In this document: positions 36,166-48,676 of the stretch, piece by piece
Layout of the letters: each line of letters begins with the position of its first letter
Numbering within the stretch: position 1 is the stretch's first letter
Assembly: GCF_964194025.1 (NCBI RefSeq)
Contig: NC_134470.1
Span: 20,708,001 to 20,772,000 of the forward strand
Reading direction: 5' to 3'
Length of the DNA: 64,000 nt
Origin: Convolutriloba macropyga
Lineage: Eukaryota
Made by a program: the position numbers and the translations under genes
Notes under the pieces: model-generated
Seen by the model: only the letters and a program-made list of their open reading frames with translations
What the model was told of the DNA's origin: nothing
Database searches by the model: none

Positions 36166-36672
36166 ATGACGTGAACTCTTAGTTATTTGTAGAAGAAACT
36201 AATTTTTGAATTGAAATTAATTCTATTTAATAGAAACTTTTTTCGAACTTCACATTCACCGTCAAATTAAAACTGTTTCGCAAATTAGTAAAAAATAAAA
36301 TGAATAGGTATTTAGATTTGTCTGAGACGACAATTTAACCATTTCTGGGAATTATATCAAAAACTGAACCCAGAATTTTCTTTTTAGGCAATAATTAGTC
36401 TATTTCCAGCTTCTTAATTAAATCTGTTATCAATTGCTTTAAAAACGTGCCTTATCTGGATTTTTCGATTTTGGCCATGGTTTTGTAGTTCAAGGGAAAT
36501 TCCGAACTTTCCCTAACCTCAAGTATCCCTCTTGTGGGAGTTTTGAATTTTGTGTTGTCTTGCACAAAATATTAATTGACTTATTTTTCTTTACCCAAGA
36601 TAAAATCATGATTTGAACTAACATTTTTAATTGAGTTCCCGGCCCCTATTTTCATCGCAGGTGAATAATCCC

Positions 36673-36742
36673 TGTAATGATAATTGACTACCTTTTCTGT
36701 TCTATCGTAAACACATGTAATTATTTTATAGATACATACATA

Positions 36743-36814
<72 letters not shown>

Positions 36815-39800
36815 GCTCCTAATGAACGGTCTTTCATCTTAGCAACACAACAATTTTGTTCAACATCTGTCATGAAGTTTCGACCTCCTGATCTTCCGGC
36901 AAAGCCAATCCAAGGGCAGTGGTTTTGGTGAAGGCAATGTTTTATTGATGGTCTTACAATCAATGGAATTAAGGAAGACTCTCATTAGATGACATTTCTC
37001 AGATCATACGCAGGGGTGGAACCGTTTACAATTCTCTCTCGAGCAACTACTTTCGACGACTTAATCAGTATTCTGGACGCTTAATTCAAAAGCCTTCGAG
37101 AATTATGTTCGCCCGACATCAAGTCTCCTCATGCAAGCAGCAAGGTAATGAGTGCACAACAGCGCTTTTGCAACAACTACGGATTTTTGTTGAGCGCTGT
37201 GAATCTGCAGACCTCACCATGCAATAACACCAGTACGAACTCCTCCGCGATGATTTAGTATCTGGTCCTACATCTTATGCATTAACTGTTTGATTTTTAG
37301 AATCGGCGTTCTCAAAATCTTTGCTTGAGAAATGAATTTCACTCGCTGATGCAATTGAAGTATCAGCCAATTTCTCCCAATCAATCAATGCCAGCTCAGA
37401 CACACCGCCATCTACATCTAGTGCACTTGTCCGAAATATCGCTGCTGTCAATGAAAGAACAGCTCAACCTTTCAGAGCTTTGAATCGTCAATGTCGTTTT
37501 TGTGGTCTGGAGGCATATCCACGGACTAAATGCTCAGTATGACGAAGTACGTGTCTGAAAACCGGCAAACAAGGGCATTGGGCAGCAGCGTGTAAGTCAA
37601 CTGTTGCTACTGTCGCTTCAGATGACGACGAACAAGTGGCATCGGTTCCAGGCAGTGTGAAGACAAGGAACGAAGAAAGAAGGTCTCGAAATGGACTCTA
37701 CAAAAAAAAATTTTGGCAAAGACTGCTCTCTTCCTATTAGAGCGCTAATAGACCCCAGCTCCACTTGTTAGTTCGTAACCGCTGATGTGTGTGAGCAGTT
37801 GCAATTAACAATTCAGCAAATGAAGCCAAAATCTCATCACACGCACGAAGAATTTCCAGTCCATGGAGTTTGCAGTGCTTTAGTGAGCATGAATACTCTT
37901 TTAATATATTGTTTCCTTCTCTCAAGTTAGTCACTAATTTGTTGCGCAATTATTGGCCTGGATGTACTCTCACAGCATGAAGCAGTCATACTTAAGTTTG
38001 GTGGAAAGAAGACACAGTTGAACGTTTCTGTTTTTGCTGCTATTGCTGGATGTCATGAGTTTAGACCAATGCTTTCGACCCACCGACAAAATTGTCCTAC
38101 GAACTTTATAAAGCTAAGCCATCACAATGAAATCCAGACACTCACACGAGGCAGATTTTGAGTTTATGCAGAATTAAATTTTGGTTCTCCTAAAGAATGG
38201 AATAGTTCGTTGCTCAACATCTCCATGGCGAGCTCAGGCGTTTGCTGTAAAAGGCCAGCAACAACGCATGTTAACCGACTACCAATGTCAGTCAGTTTAC
38301 TTCCCATTCTTGACGCGTACCCGTTTCCGAATATGGTAGAGCTGCTGAACAACGCTTCTGAGAATCAATTTACACCGAAAATTGACTTAAAGGGCGCTTA
38401 TCATCGGGTACCATTGAAAAAAGAAGATAAATTTTGATATTGAGGAAAATTTTTACAACTTTAAACGTCTTCCTTTTGGGATATCTTAGGCGGTACCTGC
38501 GTTTTAGGGAATCATAAACAATTTTGCTGACCGAAATGAGCTATAAAGGACGTACTCATAGTTTGATGATGAAATAATTGGCGGACGATTCACAGAGGAG
38601 CGTGAAACGGACGTTAAAGACCTGTTCTTGTCCTCGAAAAGGAAGGACTCACCTTAAAAATGAATAAATGTCAGTTCTGTCTGAAGGAAATTTCTATCCT
38701 AGTCCACATTGTCTCAGCAGGTTCTATCCGGCCGGACATAGAGATACTGAGGGCTCTGAAGGAGTATCCGGTTCCAAGCAATTTGAAAGCGTTGAGACGT
38801 TTAGTTGCATTTTTTTGTATAATGCGAAATGGCTCCCGCAATACTCAAGCAGAATTCAGCCGCTCTTAGAAGCTCTAAAGCAAGTAGCTTTTCCGTTGAT
38901 TTCCTCTGTCGTTTTCCGTATCAACGACGTCACATCAAAGATCGCTGAGGCCTGTTTAAAATGTCCCCGCGTAGATGATAGTTATTTGCTTTTGGAAACC
39001 GACGTCTCTGGGTTTGCCATTGGTTCATTTTTATCCCAAAATTGTAGACCAATTGCGTATTTTTTTCAAATCTTATTGCAGCGTGAGCGGAATCATTCTG
39101 TTGCTGAAAAGGAAGCTTTAGCCATTATCGAATCTTTCGACAAATTTTCCAATTTACTGAGTACAATTCCGTTACTGTGCAAAGCGATCAAAAGTTCATC
39201 GCATTTTTTTTTGCAGGAAAAATAAAAAAGAGCGAAAATCTTCTCTGCTGACGAATCAAACTTGCTGAATATCGCGATAGTATTGAATATAGAACAGGAA
39301 GCTCTCGAGGATTGCTCACGTAAAGACGTAGAGCATTTTTTTTATTTTCTCTGAACGATAATTTTGCACATCCTGCAGTGACTAGATTTTTGCATTACAG
39401 CAATTCTAAGGACTAACCGCACACTATCGAGGACGTTAAGCAAGTTATCGCCCTATGCGGCACCTGTCGGCGTTTGAAACCCAAATTTTACAAGCCGAGC
39501 CGTTAGACAGGATAAAACCGTTTGACAGGATATACATTGATACAGTTGGTCCCAAGATTCCGTCATCGAAGTCAGGCATTGTATTTTTGCTCACCGTTTT
39601 AGACGAATTCTGTCAATTTCCCTTTGCCTTGCTCATTCAGGATACCATAGCAAGAAAATTTTATTAGGTGCTTTTCGTATTTTTTTTTTTGACAATTGAC
39701 AATCATTTGTCAATCCCGGGCTTGTCTACTCAGATCATGGAGGAAAACCAGATTTGCAAAAGTTCAATGTTTCCTGCTCAAAAAGAGGGATAGCCAAATC

Positions 39801-40548
39801 CCGTATATCGCCGTACCACCCTCAAGGTAATGGGCAAAACAAACATTACAAGGGAATTATCTGGAACGCTGTTAGCTGCATTTTGGATTCCATGAAACCT
39901 CCACAGAAACACTGGGAAGCTGTTAATGGGGAGGTACTTTCTTCAATTAGAGGGTTACCTTGTACTAGCACAAATGAAATCCAACACTGGCGATTTTTGT
40001 AATTCCCGCGGAAACACTAAGGAGTTTTTAACTTCCCAGATTGACTGTATAAAGGCAACACAGCGTACCTGAGAAACTTCATACGATGCAAATCTGATCA
40101 ACTCGCGACAGCTTTAAAATTGTTTATAGCAATAAAATTGTCCAAATTTAATATCCTATTGGCCGGGAAAGCAGTGTCTCTGCTAAACACTTAGCTCAGT
40201 CTCCAGAATTCTAATCAGACACTGCACTGAATGAACAGCATGCTGTTCTTTCGGAAGAAACAAAGAACACATCTAACTCACAGAACAAAACCATTACAGT
40301 GCAGTTGATGCAGAATGTGCACGTTTCTAATGGCAAAGCGCTCGAAGTGCCCCAAAAGGCCACCGAAGTGCTCGAGAAGGCACCCGAAAAGATTATAATC
40401 CAATGGCACGGCATGAAATGAAAGTTAGGCGACTTTGACGCCTGAGAAACAGACCGAAGTATTTAGATCATTACGTTGGATTTTAAAATACGAGGGGTGA
40501 GTGTTATAAAAATTGAGTACCTTGTTGTATCGTAATCACACTTTCCAT
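36673..40548 (+). mobile_element. Degenerate Ty3/Gypsy LTR retrotransposon (3' LTR runs into the gap)
   Basis: gag with a decayed CCHC knuckle (~37490-37600); RT (LDAYPFP, IDLKGAYHRVPL); RNase H (LETDVSGFAIG, EKEALAI); integrase (PFDRIYIDTVGP, PYHPQGNGQ); PPT GAGGGGTGAG, then TGTTATAAAAATTGAGTACC at 40502, similar to TGTAATGATAATTGACTACC at 36673. Many stops and frameshifts. Confidence 0.88.
36740..36812. repeat. (TA)n(TG)n compound microsatellite inside the putative Gypsy 5' LTR
   Basis: Directly visible. Confidence 0.97.
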
Positions 40549-40802
40549 NNNNNNNNNNNNNNNNNNNNNNNNNNNNNNNNNNNNNNNNNNNNNNNNNNNN
40601 NNNNNNNNNNNNNNNNNNNNNNNNNNNNNNNNNNNNNNNNNNNNNNNNNNNNNNNNNNNNNNNNNNNNNNNNNNNNNNNNNNNNNNNNNNNNNNNNNNNN
40701 NNNNNNNNNNNNNNNNNNNNNNNNNNNNNNNNNNNNNNNNNNNNNNNNNNNNNNNNNNNNNNNNNNNNNNNNNNNNNNNNNNNNNNNNNNNNNNNNNNNN
40801 NN
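40549..40802. other. Assembly gap (254 N)
   Basis: Run of N. Confidence 1.
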
Positions 40803-40809
40803 TTTTGAA

Positions 40810-41910
40810 TAAAAGCTTGCAATCGGTGGTGATTCATCTGAGCAACAAAACAATTCCGGCTTCAACTTGCTGTTGTATATAGATTCGATAGTGAAAAGTT
40901 TCTCTATTGAGCAACAGGCATCCAGAATATTCCATTCAATATCAATCCTGGAGCCGCCACATTCAACAAGATTTTGATCACCTGTGAATTCTTCGATGTT
41001 TTCACATCCCAGTGGTATCATGCCGGTTGTCTGCCCAACATAGATGAGTTCGCATCCATTACTTTTTGTCTCATAAAACACGTGGGATTTCAGGTTTAAT
41101 ATCGAAAAACGATTTTTGCGTGAGGACGCGTGATCTTAATTTTTGCGCTATGAATGCCAATTACAAGTCTCTTAGTTTTTTCAATTTGGTTGAAAGGTTT
41201 TGTGTGAGGTTGCCTCTGTATTGTAGAAAAAATATTGCTTTTGGGATCCAGTCTGTCATTCACATACCTTTGAGCATTTTTTTCAGCCCGACTCGCTTTC
41301 TGTTGATTGCTGCAATACGTACCAATCCGGACTACATCCGGCATGTAGGCACAATCCTCATTTGTTATTTCTTGGCACTTGCATGAAACCTTTTTTTTGC
41401 ATGGCTCACATTGTAATCTTTTACCTCCGAGAATCATTCTCCGGTTGCAGTCTTTACGATTCCCGTTTACATGAGATTTCGATTTATTTTCAATGTGCTC
41501 TGGTTTTTGCAGTGATACCTCAAACGATTCCAACCACAAGTAAACAGCCAGTGATGCACCCATAGCCAGACCATCTGGTTGTACATACAAGATCCCGTTA
41601 CAGTTAAAGCGACAATTTGTCACCGCTAGAATTAAAAAACATCTTTTATTGCGGACCGTGGGATCTGTGGAGCTAGGTTGCTTGAGTAGAGTTCTCTTAG
41701 AGTAAATCTAACAGCCTCTCCAACCGGCACGTTAATGGACAACTTCTTAACGTCAACAGTTACTATCTGATTGCTATCCTCAAGAGAGATTGACTCTAAT
41801 GCTTCTCTAGCATCTTGCGTGTTTGAATTTTTGCGACTGTTAGTTTCTAGAAAAAATGCCCGAAATCTGTTAGATATTTCATGACTGGTATCAGGTATCA
41901 AAAATGCAGG
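40810..41910 (-). mobile_element. Penelope-like retroelement relic (RT with PHD-like insert, plus GIY-YIG endonuclease)
   Basis: RT motifs VTVDVKKLSINVPV, YVQPDGLAMGASLAV and RYVND; GIY-YIG-like VFYE..CELIYVGQT...IESIY..KLKPEL. Internally deleted and frameshifted. Confidence 0.88.
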
Positions 41911-41934
41911 TGCTCTTTTTTGTGCAATTTATCT

Positions 41935-42549
41935 TTTTTTTACTAAACGAATTTTTTAAATCAAACTCAAGGCAACTATTGCTACGTAAAAACCATTCGT
42001 GTTTTTCTCAATAAAATTTTTTTGTGCTCTGTCGATATTGACTTTAATCGTTTCATTTGGTTAACCAATCAGGAACGAGGTATGATTATGTTACAGATCA
42101 TATTTACGTTTCTATATACTCTACGCATTTAATTGGATATTAAATTTGAATCAAATTTAGAGCCATTAGAAACTGTTACCAAGAGCAGTTGGCTCGCAGA
42201 ACAGAGTGTAGTTTGATTCTTCATCAATTTGAGTCTTGTATGCTAAGTTTTGCCAGATATTAAGACCTTCCGAGTTCTATGTTAGCTGAGTTTTTCGGAC
42301 AAGAACTTAGCAACAATACGAGCTATTGGTTGAAGCCATCCAATTTTTAGCACAAAATTGAAAATATCTTATCACTAAAGACATTCTTAACTTCAATCAA
42401 AAGTAAAATTACAGTACTTTATAACGAGCGTCTAATTGTGTCTTCGAGATTATAAGTCAGACGATTTAATGAAGAACCAGGCCGGCGTAATGCTCCAGAA
42501 GCAGCCTGCAATATTTTTGGTGCCGCTGAGATTATTGGGAGCCAAAACA
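41935..42549 (+). mobile_element. 3' part of the old BEL-family solo LTR
   Basis: Aligns to LTR positions ~330-976 (TTAACCAATCAG, AGAGCAGTTGGCTC, GAAGAACCAGGCCGG), ends in ACA and is followed by GAATC. Confidence 0.8.
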
Positions 42550-42939
42550 GAATCATTCGAAACCTAAATATCCCCAGTGTTAATTTTTATCCAATTTTGA
42601 GGGCACGAACTCATGAAAAACGCTTGCGCAAAACTTCCGAATTATAGCGGGTCGGATGACAAACTTTTCTTTTCTTTATATTTCTCTTTTCTCTTCTTCC
42701 TTTTTTTTTCGTTAATAAAAATGAGAAAAGGCCGTATGATCAACCCAGAAGACGGCACTGTGAACACCCAATGTGAAACATCAGAGCAGCGTGAATTTGC
42801 AGCATTGTAGTTAAAAATAAAGCACTATGCTTGAATCTGTAATAACCGCCAAGAGGGCGGGATATTACAATACTACTTATGTCTGTAGCTTTAAGTATTA
42901 TAACAACATTTTATCTATCATCGACCTCGATTGTACATT

Positions 42940-44800
42940 TAGTACCACGGCAGCCTCAGAGACAGATAATCGCGCTGCGTTTGAGTGCAAAACCGATTTT
43001 TGAGCGAAAGTAAGTTATCGCGTCACTCTATGTGTCGTCTTTTCTCTGAGATTTGTGTTGTTAGTTGCTCTGTAGTAAGTGTTGCAGAGGTTCCTACGTC
43101 TCCCAATGCATGAAAAACAGAGAGGAACAAAGCTAGTTTTTTTTAATATCCAAAAGTAGTTAATGTTTTTGATGTTAATTTCACAACAATTTACTTTTTT
43201 TAATGTTTTTGTCATCACTCTGTCAATGGAATAAAAATCCTCACGCCTAAGAAAGTTCTGCTCACTTATGACCAACACAAGCTGTTGGCTTTAATGTCAA
43301 ATCCAGCATTGTTATAAGTGCTGGTAGATCTTTTTAAAAGCTCTCGCTCTCTAGCACCTGACGTGACAGTTAAATATCGACGTCAGTTAAAACTTAATGC
43401 ATTGTTTTTCGGAACGTGGCTTTAATTTCATTGTGCAGCATGTCGGTATAACATATAGGCGTAAATTTCGCTTCTGAACATTTTACCGAATGCACAAATC
43501 GTCACAGAAATCCAATTTTTGTCAACGTAAAACCGTACCGCTTCAGTGCCAAGGCAGTGAGCATCTTCGGGGCTATTTGCCAAATGCCAGGGCGATAACA
43601 AAGTATTTGTCCTCAGGTATTGCGTGGAAAACAATTCTTATGCGAATTTGCATCCTCCTAAGTTGAGCTTTGCGTTCGTATTGCATAATCCTATCCCGCT
43701 TGAAGTTAATATTGCGAGATCTTCATTTCCAAGCGGCTCGACTGCAGGGAGTGACGCAGCGTAGTCAGTGTCGTATTCCGTTCGCTACCTATTGGGGAGT
43801 CCATATTGGCGATTTGGCAAGGAACACAACTGGTGTGCGGCGGTGAGGGCCAGTCGCCAGATGAAGATGATTGCGAGAAGAATTTTGAATAAGTTTTATT
43901 GCGTCCAAGTAACCTATCTGAGCACTAAGAGTTGTTCGAGCAGGAAGAGCCAGTTTTTCCAAAACACCTGTCTTGAATCATGCTGAGGCGTTCTGCCGAC
44001 ATGTTTCTTCCATTCTTCCAAGTCAGACGATTGAAAACTTGTTGCGATGTAGTTGCTAGGGAGGTTTCACGCCAATCTTTTTTGCCAAAGACTAATCCCA
44101 GAATACGGCATCTTACTAAAAATTGATTCCCAGTTTAGCTGAAAAACTTACGAATTCTGGAGTTTGCGTGCTCCTCAACAATTAGTTATTTTGCGGCATT
44201 TACTATGCCCACCCATTATGCCATATTTACCATCAATAGGGGTTTAGGTTATCTGACCACTAATATAAGGGGATTATTGATTGTTAGGACGCGAAAACGC
44301 TTGCAGTGATTTGATAAATTTTCTCTAAGCTTCACACCTCGTTTCCGTCGTCAGCGTACTATATTTGCACATGAGTTGAATTGATCGGTATATGGCTAAA
44401 CTTTTCATTTCCATGGCAATAGGATCTCTCTTGGTGGTGCCCTATTGGTACTGCAAGCAAGCATCGGCTACAAACAGGTCGGTTGCGGTTTTGTATAACT
44501 TTTGAGCAATTCAGCCTCAAGCAAGGCAGATAATAATTAAATTCTCATTTTATACCCGTCGATTGTGGCAATTGAATTAATTTATTTTTGGCGTCTGGTA
44601 GGAGTAGTGCTTCATCTTTCTGAGCATCATAAATAGACCTCATTGCATCTATTGCATAACCAATTCAACACTTCTGACCCTGGCAGACCTGTTAATTGCC
44701 TCCAAGAAATTGCTAGTCATTTGCAATGCGCTTATGATACAATTCCCAATAAATCAACGTAAGACTTCTCCAATGCCAATTGGTCTAACGCCTGGGTTTG
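42940..44800 (-). mobile_element. Decayed CRE-like (RLE-type) non-LTR retrotransposon fragment 1
   Basis: GVRPIGIGEVLR, GTTKRDPIAM, YADDG, KRYGFTLTK, FDIKANSL, SFVPL.FSC.G and FAL.RSAIICL.G in the expected order, with stops and frameshifts. Confidence 0.75.
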
Positions 44801-44849
44801 ATGACGCGACAAACGTTAAAATGTTAAACGCCAAATGTTAATATTCAAA

Positions 44850-45738
44850 CATATAATCTACCTGGGAGATTTCATCCTAGAACTCAAAACACGCGATCCG
44901 TCGACGGTTGCGCATTGCCTGTTTGTGCAAGAACCACGGATGCAAATGATTGAGATTCACCATTGAGCGAAATCTATTTGTTTCTTATATTTGTTATGAT
45001 ATCAGCGAATGATTCTTCCTTTACTCGCTCATCTTCTCTGTTATTCTTTTCATAATTTTGCAAACAGAAGGGCTTGATCCTCCAATGCAGAAAAAATTGA
45101 AGAAAGCTGGCCTTCTCAACTTCTCTGATTCGCTGTTCATATTTTTTTCTTTAAGTTCTTGTGATGTTTGTTGGCTTCTTCGATTGATTTGGAAATGTTT
45201 TCGGAAATGCTTTCGGCATGTGTGTTAGATATCCAATGAAAAGAGACTTTGAGAATTCGTTTCAACATACATCGTTTGCTCTGATGTATAGCATTTCATC
45301 GTCTTCAGTTTTTCTGTTTTGATTTGCGAAGAATTCTTTGAAGAGTCTAAAGGCATGGCTCAACCTCTACATCATCCCATACCTAATCTGTCAGAAGGGC
45401 CCGGCAATCTTCAATGTTGTTGTGTCTGTATTGAATATATCTATTTGGGCAGTGTAAATTATGGCCGACTCTGAAGGCCTCTCCACGTGCACAGTTTGAG
45501 GAAACTTTCGTTGGCTCCCATTCAAATCTCAGAGCAATTTCATCGCGAAATAGGAATTAGGCCAGGCCAAGGTTGTACATCTTTTCGAGGGAGAGCATTT
45601 AATCACTAAGGCGCTTCTTGTGAGCCTAATTAACCACTGAGCAAGTTTCTTTTCAGACAAACCCTCGAAATTGAAAACTTGTGGGCATTGCATGGGGTAT
45701 TCTGAAAGCAATTGTTTTCTAATTTGTAACTGACGACA
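44850..45738 (-). mobile_element. Decayed CRE-like fragment 2 (3' zinc knuckle/RLE region)
   Basis: LHC...RHNNI, DVEVEPCL, KKYEQRIREVEKASF, IGGSSP and IICIRGS. Confidence 0.7.
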
Positions 45739-45835
45739 TTTAGTAGTAGTAGTAGTAAAGGCTTTAGGATTTAAACATAAATAAATCCAAGGGTTTGTTA
45801 GACCCACATGAGTTCAGTCCAAAGGTAGTTTTAGT

Positions 45836-48661
45836 TTAGTCTAGTTTTTTCCAGTTATTGCAGTGGTCACATTTGCAAACAATTCGCCAAGTGCATTTGT
45901 CCCTCTTGTCATATTTTCTCAGAAAGTAGTCCCAGTAGATTTTGGAGATGGTGTCTTTATTGAGATCTTTTCCGTAGCTGGTGTACACTCTGATAATAAT
46001 ATTGTATAATAATTTTGTACGATGGAAGAAGTTTTCATCGGTTTTGTAGAGTCGATTCGTTCCGATCGTCAGTTCTCCTCTTGTATGCTGTCGAGTTTTA
46101 TCTTCGGCGACTCTAGGTAGATCAACAACAACGTCGTATTCGTTTCTATCCAATGATATCAGAAGCAGGAGATTGTGCATTTCGACATATAAGCTGAGAG
46201 GCAGCAGCTTTAGCTGTAGAAGTCGATCCTTGTATTCAAAACTTGCATTCAGTATCCACTTGGTAGCAATTTCCTGCACCCTTTCAAACTTCGCAAGATT
46301 AGACTTGTTCGGCTGCCATGCTTGAGAGCAGTAGGTCAGGACTGGCACAACGTAACCAACGTAAGAATTTAGCTTACTGTTTTGCGTGCTGTTTGTAGAC
46401 AGGTTTCGTTTCAGTTGGAACAGTGCACTTAATCCCTTCTTCGTTCTCGTGGTAGTTATCGTTCCACGTGAGATTTGAGGTGATCCATAGTCCTAGGTTG
46501 CGCTGAAGATTCGTCGGTTCAATTTCAAGGTTGTCTATTGCTGCTGTCAAAGTGCCTTTTATGTTGAGGAGCTTGCATTTAGAGGTGTTCAGTTGCATTT
46601 TGTTTTCGGAGCACCAATTCTGTATAGTCATTGCACCAATCGTGAGTTGGCTCTGAGTCAGTGCAATTATCTTGAAATCATCAGCATATCCAAAACTTTC
46701 ACAATTTGACACTGAAGCTGGTAGATCATTTATGAACAGCAGAAAGAGCAGTGGTCCGAGAATGGAGCCTTGTGGAACTCCACTGCTGACACTTACTGGA
46801 GTGGATGTTTCCGCATTTATTTTAACATATTGCTCCCTGTCGCTCAAGTAGGAGCTTATGAGTTGCAACAACTTCCGCCAATGTCAAAGGACTGGAGTTT
46901 CAGTATAAGCAAGTCATGCGGTACTTTATCGAAGGCCTTAGCAAAGTCGAGATACAGAATTGTCAGGTTGTCTACTGTGGGGTCATCGTACTTTTGGTAA
47001 ATTGAATCAAGGTAGACCAACAATTGTACCACTGCTGACCTATTTTTCCGGAATCCATATTGGTTTTCGTGTAGGCGGTGTTGGCAAAACTTGTATAGTG
47101 TGTTGAAGATGAGACGCTCAAGGACTTTTGACACACAGCAGAGTAAACTAATCGGTCGATAACAAGTAGTGTCTGATTTGTTTCCCCCTTTGAACACTGG
47201 CGTAACTTGACTGATTTTCCAGTATCTGGGGAAGATTCCTTTATTCGAGATTGTTTGGAATAGGAGGAGGAGTGACTTGCTGAGTGAGAAGGCGCACTTT
47301 TTCAAAACAATGTTTCCGATGTTGTCAGGTCCCGTAGACTTGTTCAGAGTTAAGTGTTCCAATATGTGCTGGATTTCGGTTTCGGAGAAAAGGAGACTAT
47401 TGAGGCCTCTGTTCTCAAAAGTTATGCAGTGATGTTGCTTCTCGTTGAAAACACTTTGGAAAAACTGATTGAATAATTTGGCCTTTTCTTGGTCAGTTTC
47501 GGCTTTTTGAGTGGACAGAGTGACGACAGGAGGAACGTTTGGTGACTTGCGAACACAACGTAGGTACTTCTGGATGTTGCTGAACTGTCGACTTTGAAAG
47601 ATTTCGGTTTCAAACGTTTTCAAATCTTCATTTGTGGCTTCTTTTATTTGACGCTCCATTTTCTTCAACTTCAGGAGTTTTGACAAGACCGGAGAGACCC
47701 ATTGCTTCTTTTTTGTAGCTAACTTCTTCATCAGGTGTGAGGTACGGCTGGATACCCAAGGTGGAAGCGATGATCTGTGTCTTGTAAATTTCGGAATGAA
47801 ATGATCGATGAGGCTGAAGATCCATTCGTACCATTTTTGGACAAGGAAATCGAGATTACTGAAACAGTAAGGGTTGAAAGGACTGTCTACTATAGCCTTA
47901 TTCAATTCGTCCCAATCCGCTTTCTTAAAGGCATATTTGACTTGATGAGGAATGTATAGTTCGCTATGGAATGCGTTTACTGTAACACTGACCGGTAGAT
48001 GATCAGCACATGGCTTGCCGTTTAGTGCGTAACAGTTGTAAAGATCGGTGTCAAGATCAGTTTTGACAATCTGGTCAGGGTTGTTGGCCAGAATGACGTC
48101 TAACTGAAGATTTGAGTAGTTCAGGAAATTGTATTCCGAAAGAGCATCCAGAACAGCGTTTTCACACTCGGAATTGGAGCTCATGTTGTTCCAGTCTGTT
48201 TTGGAGAAGTTGATGTCTCCACAAATGAACACGCCTTGGTAGCCTATTCTTTTAGCATGATTTGATATTTTGGAGAGCAGAATTTCTAACTGTTGCGGCG
48301 ACCAGGTGTAGTCGCTGTCTGATGGGGGGCTGTACAAACAGCATATGAGAGTCGGCTGTGGTCTTGTTTGTACACTAATCACCACAAAATCCTCAAGATG
48401 TAGGTCAATCAAAATTTGTTCGTGCATAATAGTCGATCTGATTGCTATAAGTACGCCACCGTGTTTCGTTTCGTGTTCGCATGGTATTCTGTCATTTCGG
48501 TAGATCGTGTATGCAGGTAGGAAGAGCGAATAGTTTTGAACATCAGGAGTCAGCCATGTTTCAGTGAGGCATAAAATGTCATAGCTTCGCGTTGACAAGC
48601 AGTCTGAGAACTTCAGGCGACGCTCAAATTTCATCAGACTCCTTACATTGAACGAAAGCAT
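45836..48661 (-). pseudogene. LINE ORF2: AP endonuclease plus reverse transcriptase, two frameshifts (~46870, ~46450)
   Basis: LSFNVRS, LCLTETWL, GDIN, ADH; YRPISLL, QYGF, YLDFAKAFDKV, GVPQGSILGP, YADD. Confidence 0.95.
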
Positions 48662-48676
48662 TTCGAGTGTGTATAG

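Noticed and set aside
40463-40837. ORFs spanning the N run
   Set aside because: Artefacts of translating the gap.
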